In this document: positions 55,052 to 64,000 of the stretch, in pieces
Position numbering within the stretch: position 1 is the stretch's first letter
Layout of the letters: every line of letters starts with the position of its first letter
NCBI RefSeq assembly: GCF_006345805.1
Contig: NC_043002.1
Location: 64,914,001 to 64,978,000, forward strand
Origin: Octopus sinensis
Taxonomy: Eukaryota
Length of the DNA stretch: 64,000 bases
Direction of reading: 5' to 3'
Program-made: the position numbers and the translations under genes
Notes under the pieces: model-generated
What the model was told of the DNA's origin: nothing
Databases searched by the model: none
What the model saw: only the letters and a program-made list of their open reading frames with translations

Positions 55052-56109
55052 ATAAGTGTTATCATGTACATTGTTTTGTCTTGGTATAAAAGATGGGCTA
55101 CAGCAAATATTCTGCTCAATACCACAGGTTGCTTGTCAGTTGTTGACCTTAACCAGTTGAGCATGTCCTTAGTGGCTGACGATATGTGCATCTCTGATCA
55201 CGAGCAGAAGTAGTGGGGGAGCATCATGGCCATGTGTTGAGAGGGATTCTTTGGAGTTTGAATGGTTCACCTCTGGAAACATAGGTGTTTCGTTCAACAT
55301 CCTAAGCAACCCTTATTCAGGGACCGTTTGAGCAGGATGGGCTACTCAACCTGATGAAAATTCTAACTGGGCCCCACCTGCAAGGTCATGTGTTGTTTAT
55401 CTTGATATGAGATCACCATGTCACGCACATATGGTGTGATGCATGTGCCTGGTGTACCTTTATCAGACGGGTAGTCATGATGGGTATATGGGCTTCGTAT
55501 ATTTTACCCCAGTGTCACTTTGATGGCATGAACTGCTCTCTCACTCAATAATAATAATAATAATAATAAACAGTGGCTCTCGTGGCTTCTGATCTTAACT
55601 GATTGGAAGTGTTATCATGTACATTGTTTTGTCTTGGTATAAAAGATGGGCTACAACAAATATTCTGCTCAATACCACAGATTTGCTTGTCAGTTGTTTG
55701 ACCTTAACCAGTTGAGCATGTCCCTTAGTGGCTGGCGATATGTGCATCTCTGATCACGAGCAGAAGTAGATGGGGAGCATCATAGCCGTGTGTTGAGAGG
55801 GATTCTTTGGGGTTTGAATAATTCACCTTTGGAAACATGGGTGTTTCGTTCAACATCCTTAAACAACCCTTATTCAGGGAGCTTTCGGGTGGGATGGGTT
55901 ACTCGACCTGAAGAAAGTTCTAACTGGGCCCCACCTGAAAGGTCATGTGCTGTTTATCTTCATATGAGATCACCATGTCGCGCACATACGGTTGTGATGC
56001 ATGTGCCTGGTGAACCCTTATCAGACGGGTAGTCATGATGGGTATGCTGGGCTTCGTATATTTTACCCCAGTGTCACTTTGATGGCATGCACTGCTCTCT
56101 CACTCAATG

Positions 56110-56175
<66 letters not shown>

Positions 56176-56700
56176 GGTTTCTAATCTTAACTGATTGGAA
56201 GTGTTATCATGTACATTGTTTTGTCTTGGTATAAAAGATGGGCTACAGCAAATATTCTGCTCAATACCACAGATTTGCTTGTCAGTTGTTTGACCTTAAC
56301 CAGTTGAGCATGTCCCTTAGTGGCTGACGATATGTGCATCTCTGATCACGAGCAGAAGTAGTGGGGGAGCATCATAGCCGTGTGTTGAGAGGGATTATTT
56401 GGGGTTTGAATAATTCACCTCTGGAAACATGGGTGGTTATTTCAACATCCTTAAACAACCCTTATTCAGGGACCTTTTGAGCGGGATGGGCTACTCAACC
56501 TGAAGAAAATTCTAACTGGGCCCCACCTGCAAGGTCATGCGCTGTTTATCCTGATATGAGATCACCATGTCGCGCACATATGGTTGTGATGCATGTGCCT
56601 GGTGTACCTTTATCAGACGGGTAGTCATGATGGGTATATTGGGCTTCGTATATTTTACCCCAGTGTCACTTTGATAGCATGAACTCCACTCTCACTCAAT
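55052..56700 (+). mobile_element. Three tandem copies (~55052-55548, 55590-56107, 56182-56699) of a ~500-bp non-coding element, each ending in (TAA)n
   Basis: aagtgttatcatgtacattgttttgtcttgg...ctctcactcaataataat three times with scattered substitutions; a further 3' fragment at 62032-62186. Confidence 0.9.
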
Positions 56701-56779
56701 AATAATAATAGTAATAACGTGTGTAAATATGTGCATCTGTATGTGTATGCATAAGTATATATATATATACAAACACATC

Positions 56780-56816
<37 letters not shown>

Positions 56817-57292
56817 GTGTGTGTGTGGTATGTGCATCTGTATGTATATGCATAAGTATATATATATATGTGTGTGTGTGTGTGAGTGTGTGTGTATCAT
56901 ACAGATATATACTTACTGACATGAACAAACATGCGTGTGTATAAAGGTGTTTGCATATTTCTATATGCGTAGCGTGTAACTAAAAAGATGAACGAAGGTC
57001 AGTCGATTGTTCTTCACGGCAGTTCACATTTATCGACACGAACTTTACTCTGCTGCAGCTCTGTATCTATTTATCTACCTATACATATATTCATATATAT
57101 ATACACATACGTGTGTGTTTGTGAGTGTGTATGTGTGTGTGTGTGTGTTTGTGTGTGCGTATATGTCTGTCTCCACGTATGTGTATACAGTGAGATAAGT
57201 TGATTGATATATAAATAGATATTCATGTATATATGTATGTATATGTACCACGGCATGTAATTTGTGTGATTGAGTCTGTGATTGTGCATGTG

Positions 57293-57375
<83 letters not shown>

Positions 57376-57428
57376 TATATATATGTATGTATGCATGTAT
57401 ATATATTTGTATGTATATATATGTGTAT

Positions 57429-57459
<31 letters not shown>

Positions 57460-57493
57460 AATGTACATATATATATATCAGTATTTATATATG

Positions 57494-57538
<45 letters not shown>

Positions 57539-58496
57539 GGGAGAGAAAGATACATTCATACATACATACACATAATTTTAGCCTCATATATAAACATGCT
57601 TACATATGTAGATAGTGATGTTTCTCTATCTGTATGTGCATGTGTATTCGTCTTTATATTACTGTGGAAACACAGACTCTTGCACACATATACGCACACA
57701 TATATATAGATATATACATACATAATACACACACACTGAGTTTCATTTTACACTTTTTGTTTTTGTGTGGATTACGTCTATGTGATTATAAGAAAGACTC
57801 GAATTGACTCATTTAAAATTTAATTAACAGACAGCTTTTAGTCATTTGATTAAGTCGTTTCGTCTAAATTTATATTATTTAACTATTTCTTTCTATTATT
57901 TTTTAAAGTTATTTATTGCCTTTTTGTTTAATTAAATTTTAATTGTCAGATGCAATCTTTCAACTTTTCAATTTGGATTACTCTGAATAATGAATAATTG
58001 TTTATTTGGAAGGCTGTGAATTTGCAAAAAAAACTTTAGACTTAAAACTTCCTTCTTAAATTGCCTTTAGTACATATTAAAATCAGCCTTTTTAAATCGA
58101 GTTCAAATAAACCCCAAAACAGTACTATTTTTCGAAGTTAGAAGACAATGTGTATAAACAAAACTAAATAAAGTTGAATGAAAGAGTTTTGTAAAGAAAA
58201 TGCATATCAGTAGTAATTTAGTGAGAGGGAAAGAACGAAGATTATTTAAGCTAAGTGCAAAGAATATCTTACTCTAAGTATGTTTAAGATGTGAAATTTC
58301 CAAGGGTCCGAGATTAACCAGATCGAACCATCTCAAATGTAACTGCACAAAATGGTCGTGACTTCTGGGACTTGACTGATGAAAGAAAGCCAATAATGCC
58401 CCGTCTTCTTTTTGCCTGTTCTAATTGTTGTTTCTCTCTCCGCCTTTGTAACGTCTATCTGTCCGAACGTTTTAACGTCTTCTATTGCGTTTTTAC

Positions 58497-58557
<61 letters not shown>

Positions 58558-58578
58558 AGTGTGTGTGTGTGTGTGTGT

Positions 58579-58776
58579 GTGGAGGCACATGGCTCCGGCA
58601 GAAGGTAATGGCGAACTACTGCTAACTCTTTCGCCACAAATTTCTCTCACTCTTTACTCCTGCACCTTGCAGCTCACTTGCGACGAACTGGCGTCCCGTC
58701 CAGGTGGGGAACCTATACGCCAATGAAGCCGGGAAACTGGCCCTTATGAACCAGGCATAGCTCGAGAAGGAACAAA
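58579..58776 (+). mobile_element. Internally deleted OR-like SINE
   Basis: gtggaggcacatggc joined directly to tccggcagaaggtaatggcg...ctcgagaaggaacaaa. Confidence 0.85.
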
Positions 58777-59884
58777 AAACTATATATATATACAAGCATA
58801 CATGCATATGTACATGTGCATGGCGGAGTACGTACGTATGTACGAATAAACGGAATATGTCTCAGCTGATGGAAATATTTCTGAAAAATATGGAGTATTA
58901 ATGGAGTAAATTTGACTGAACTTAAACGCTCTCGGTACTTCTACTTGAGATATGCATCTTCCTTACCAACACTTTCTCCTAAAAAATTATTTATGAAAAT
59001 GTAAAAAAATCTATAAAGTTGCGAATATGAAAAGTTGATTACAATATTTGTTTCGTCGGAAGATTAAGCATATGCCACTCGAGATATAAAAGAATTATTC
59101 GTTACTTTGGTCATGGAGTAAAATATGGCGAAATAATAACATCTGTTTCTAAATTCTGTACAACGACACGCATTTGTAATAAAGGGAGCTATCTCAAATT
59201 GAATTGACTCCAAAATACATAACTGGTGCAAATTATATCATTGAATCAGTTATGTTCGAGGTAAAAAGAAAAGTTTCCTTCGCAAGGGATTTAATATGTA
59301 ACAGCAAAAGATGTCATTGTGAAATTATATTTTCTTATCTACTTATATGATATATCTGCTCTCTTCTACACTTTCGATTTGGTCAAGTAATATTGTGTGT
59401 CCTTTGTTCATCATGGCAATATCTGTCTCTCTCGCTTTCTCTCACTTGTTCAGTCTCTCTTGTGACTGTCTCTGTTTCTTACTGTATTTCCCTCTCTCTC
59501 TCCTTCTCTCTCTTTCTTCTCTCTTCCTTTCCATTTTTTCTCAAGCTACACTATTGGTTCAACCTTTCTCATTTTTAACTGTCCTTTTCATTCCCTATAT
59601 TGGTTTTATTTATCACCATTCGACATTCCATTTTCTAAATACACGAGCATGTACGCAAAATGGAATTAGGAGCCTATGCAGATGATAGGAAAGGGTTTAT
59701 AAATCTGCTAGAAATAGCAACTAAAATCTTCCCTAAATCACACCATACAATAATGAACAGAAGACAACAATTGCACAGCATGCGTGCATACATGTATCCT
59801 TACGTGTATATATATGTACATGTCTATAGATATATGCATATTGTAAAAACTATATGTACACACATATACATGTCCACTTACATT

Positions 59885-59949
<65 letters not shown>

Positions 59950-60854
59950 ATAAAAATATATGCATACATACAAACATATATGTACGTACCTACATCTACA
60001 TGTATATATACATGCATATATAAATAAGTATACGGGAGTACAGGACATCACAATAAGACGTAGAAACGGAAAAAACCAAAAAACAAAAAACAAGAAAACG
60101 GAAAACGAAAAACAAGAAATACGGAATTTATTGATAGTGAAACAATTGTTTATGAGTAATCTATATTTTTGTTGCTTTTCATTTGTCTTGCTCGCTTAGG
60201 TTTCTGGTGTGCTAAATCTTTCTAGAGAACACTTTTTAATGGTTAAGACCAGAGCGGATCTTCTTCTAGCATAGTGTTTTTAAAAATTCCCTCTTATATT
60301 TATGTATGAAATACTATTTAGTGAGTCTCAGTTTTTTTATATGCCAGACCACTGGTGTTAAAATTGATGTGATCAAATTAATGTCCAATTTTCTACCCTC
60401 ATTTTGATTTTAATTTAAAATTAATACGTTCTCAAACCGGCGAAAGCTACTGCAGTGAATTATTTGTTTCCGGTAATTTAGCGGGCCTAAACGAAGACTT
60501 TTGAAAATAACCGCAAATGTAATAGGTAGAACTACATGCATTTTTGACCTCGTGTTGATATCTGACGTGAAATTCTGCAGATTAAATTCTGCATAAACGA
60601 TCATACTGACGATCTACAGATCAATTGTGTAAGTTAAATTACATAATGTATTGGTAGTGAAATAATTATTTATGATTAATCTATATTTGTGTTACTTTTT
60701 ATCTGTCTTGCTCGCTTACGTTTCTTGTGTGCTAAAGTTTTCTAGAGAACAATAACTTAGTGGTTAAGACCATAGCGGATCTTCTTCTAACATAAGGGCT
60801 TCCACATAGTGGTTAAAAAAATTCCCTCTTATATATATATATATATATATATAC

Positions 60855-60948
<94 letters not shown>

Positions 60949-61054
60949 CTCTTTTACTTCTTTACTATGTTGCTTGTTTCAGTCATTTGATTGTAGCCAT
61001 GCTGGAGTACCACCCTTAGTTGAGCGAGTTCACGTGATGTAACAGCACTTGGAC

Positions 61055-61375
61055 ATCTTCCTGGTGGAGCCAGTGTATGAAGGTGTCATCAATATATCGC
61101 AGGCATAAGGTTTGTTTTAGTGGTGCTCATCCTAAAGCCAAATTCTCAGAGTATTCCATGTATATATTGCCTATTACTGGTGATAATGTCAATCGCATAC
61201 CTAATTCCTCTTCTTGTTGATATATCTCAGTATCCATACTGAAGTAGGTAGTGTCTACTCAGAATATCGACACTTCCATCAAATTTCTTATTGGTATACT
61301 AGTACGTTTTTTCAGATGGGTGTCTGTCACTAGTTTTTCTTGAATTAACGATAGTCAAATGTAAACATTGTAAAT
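61055..61375 (-). pseudogene. Penelope-like reverse transcriptase fragment
   Basis: Manual minus-strand translation: TTYFSMDTEIYQQEEELGMRLTLSPVIGNIYMEYSE...CLRYIDDTF (YIDD catalytic motif). Confidence 0.8.
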
Positions 61376-61412
61376 AATGCACATAATTCCTCATCTCTTA
61401 AATATAGAACTG

Positions 61413-61446
<34 letters not shown>

Positions 61447-61447
<1 letters not shown>

Positions 61448-61800
61448 ACTATCTACTTCGGTATATCGTCAAGAAGAGGGTTTAGCTATGCGTTCGACTT
61501 TATCACCGATATTAGTTAACATATACGTGGAATACTTTGAGAATTCAGCTTTCATGCGCTGGCCCCACCTGGAAGACGTCCAAGTACTGTTAAATCATGT
61601 GAACTCAATAACGCTAACCATACACTTCACAATGGAAAAAGAAAAATACAATCAGCTAGCATTCCTGGAAGTATTAATAACACGCAGCAAGTATGGATTG
61701 AGGACATCCGTATACTGTAAGCCGACCATCACTGGACGATACCTCACCTTCAACTCCCACCATCCATACAGTGTAAAGAGAGGGATTGCTCACTGCCTAA
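61447..61800 (+). pseudogene. Penelope-like reverse transcriptase fragment (YxDD region deleted)
   Basis: YRQEEGLAMRSTLSPILVNIYVEYFE...IHFTMEKEKYNQLAFLEVLI...VYCKPTITGRYLTFNSHHP, typical PLE RT/thumb motifs. Confidence 0.88.
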
Positions 61801-62186
61801 AATTAATTACTACACTGAAGAAGGTAATAAGTGAGTAAAAATATAAGTTTTACATCTCTTTAAACTCGGAACGCGTATGTGGTTAATCAGAGTCGGGTAG
61901 ATTCGTTATTCTTTCTCTTTACCTACGTAAAATAACAGTATTGCTGCCTGGGAGATATCTATGGTAGAGGAATAGAATTTAACTGCTATTTCTAAATTTC
62001 AGTATGTGGTGAAGCAATTCAGGGAGCTTTTGATATGATATCACCATGTCGCGCACATGTGGTATATGTGCCTAGTGTACCCTATCAGAGGGGTAGTCGT
62101 GATGGTCATACTGGGCTTCGTATATTTTACTCCAGTGTCACTTTGATGGCATGCAGTGCTCTCTCATTCAATAATAATAATAATAA

Positions 62187-62345
62187 CATCGAAAATAAAT
62201 ACCTTAGAAATGAAAACCCAGGTTCGAAATTTGCTCAAGACACCTGAAGAAGGCTGGATGGTATATCAGCCGAAACGCCGCGTTAACAACAAACAAGATG
62301 AGGAAAAATATCCGCCGAATGTAAGTAATGTAAATAATGTAAATA
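62187..62345 (+). mobile_element. pLTR-like fragment with a decayed hammerhead (62239-62284)
   Basis: gacac-CTGAAGA-aggctg...cagcc-GAAA-cg-CC-gcgtt. Core and stem II intact, cleavage-site U lost. Confidence 0.55.
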
Positions 62346-63295
62346 TACCACTGTTTCCTCTTTCTTCGTTGGCTTACACACTGTTATGCAGGTATATGTT
62401 CAAGCGTGTGGTGCACCAAAATTTCCCCTTGGCAGCAAACTGAGCACAGATATGTATGTTTTTAAAGAGAAAACAGATATGCACCGGCAATATTTTAAGA
62501 TACGAATGAAGAATGAACACACACATCTACCAGGTTTACAAGTTTTGTTTTAAACGTATGATGGAACCTGTTCGGAGATCCACGAGAAGGAAACAAACAT
62601 TTTCATTTTTATATAGAATAAAAATTTTCGGACAATAATGTACTTTTTACTTCACTACAAAATTTTACCTGGTAGTTGTCATTTTACTTTTAGACAACTC
62701 ATGCTGACACATTTTTGTTCCCAGAGAACAAGCAAAAAAGAAAATATTTTAAAACTGATTTTTTTTATTCAACAGAGAAAACACTATCTTCTTTACAGTC
62801 TTTGTTTTTTTTATATATTTTTTCCTTGCCATATTGCTATGAATGTCTATTTCGATGTCGTTGCTTTCTGTGACAGATTTTTTGCTAATAAATTATTGAT
62901 AATTTAGTGTTGGTTCTAAATTGGCATTCTGTTCTGTTCTGATATTTTTCTCCTATATTCTGCGCTGTTTTACAATTTATTCTTGCTTTTCTTTTCGTCT
63001 CAAGTAGTGACTGCGTCGTTGTCATTATGTTTAGAACTAGTCACTTTCGGTGTAATAGACCAAAATTAATTAAATAAACAATAAACAAAATAATGTTAAA
63101 AAAATATCTTAAAATAGCCAATATTTTCCTTCTCTCTGTAGGTATCCAGAGACATTCCATAATGATTCTTCGAAAGAAATATTCAAAAGAAAACGCTTTT
63201 TCCGTTAATGTCGCTGGTTAGAGAAAATAAAAAGACGAATCACTGGAGCGATAAGTCAAACATCTTCCCATGTTATATAATAATAATAAATGATG

Positions 63296-63368
<73 letters not shown>

Positions 63369-64000
63369 GGGCTGGATGTTAAAACTTGTCTCAGAACTTG
63401 AAAACAAGAAAGCATCATCCTCAGTAACAAAACAGGCAAAGGAATATCTAAGTGTATTCCGAATACAACAAATTTCGGAATTAGACACACAAGAAATAAA
63501 CACAGAAAAAGCTAAGTGTATGAAAACCCGTGATAAAACTGCTGCCTCAGATATTCTGAATGATAAATGGCAAGAAAATCCTCTCAATGGCAAATACCCA
63601 AAGAGAGTGAATACTGTAGATGTTGACAAAGCCCTGACCCATCAATGGCTAATGACATCTGGTTTAAAATTTGAAACAGAAGGGTTTATCATAGCAGCTC
63701 AATGCCTACAAACAAGGAACTACCAGGTCAACATATTAAATAACGGCAGTAGCCCAACATGCCGTGTATGTCAACAACAAAATGAAACAATTGATCATCT
63801 TGTCTCCAAGTGCATTCTTCTTGCGCCTACAGAGTATCTCAACAAGCATGATAGAGCTGCACAATATATTCACTGGGTAATTTGCAAAAGCCTGGTCTTG
63901 CCCCATGATAAAAATTGGTGGTAGCACAAACCACTTCCAGTGCTTGAAAATGACCACATCTCACTCCTCTGGAACTTCACGAATAGGCCAGACATCATAG
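63369..64000 (+). pseudogene. R4/Dong-like LINE fragment starting at a (TAA)n tract and running off the window
   Basis: ETEGFIIAAQ...CRVCQQQNETIDHLVSKC...HDRAAQYIHWVICK...LLWNF..RPDII (CCHC knuckle + RLE), with an in-frame stop. Confidence 0.88.

Noticed and set aside
60165-60830. Diverged ~120-bp direct repeat (~60170 and ~60700) as LTRs or a retrozyme
   Set aside because: No TG..CA ends, TSD or hammerhead core found; treated as an old local duplication.

Overview
AT-rich, microsatellite-dense eukaryotic DNA with no recognisable host protein-coding gene. The tRNA-derived SINE families resemble those of Octopus, so a cephalopod origin is inferred. Nearly all ORFs in the track are microsatellite translations. 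The main signal is RNA-level. The first 5.4 kb is a near-identical tandem array of a ~476-bp unit, and each of 11 units carries a complete type I hammerhead ribozyme (HHR) motif, the architecture of a non-LTR retrozyme that could yield ~476-nt circular RNAs. About ten more intact, variant or decayed minimal HHR motifs occur across the window: at the outer ends of two kb-scale palindromes, in a 558-bp terminally redundant monomer, and in a family with a recurrent CUGUNGA core. They sit among Penelope-like (PLE) RT and GIY-YIG fragments, mostly next to (TA)n tracts. Other elements are R4/Dong-like LINE fragments and a tripled non-autonomous element at (TAA)n tracts, a deleted mariner, a non-autonomous Helitron, a Merlin-like MITE with telomeric repeats, and many SINEs. 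Ribozyme calls come from manual motif and pairing inspection, not from demonstrated activity. Element boundaries are approximate unless a TSD is given.
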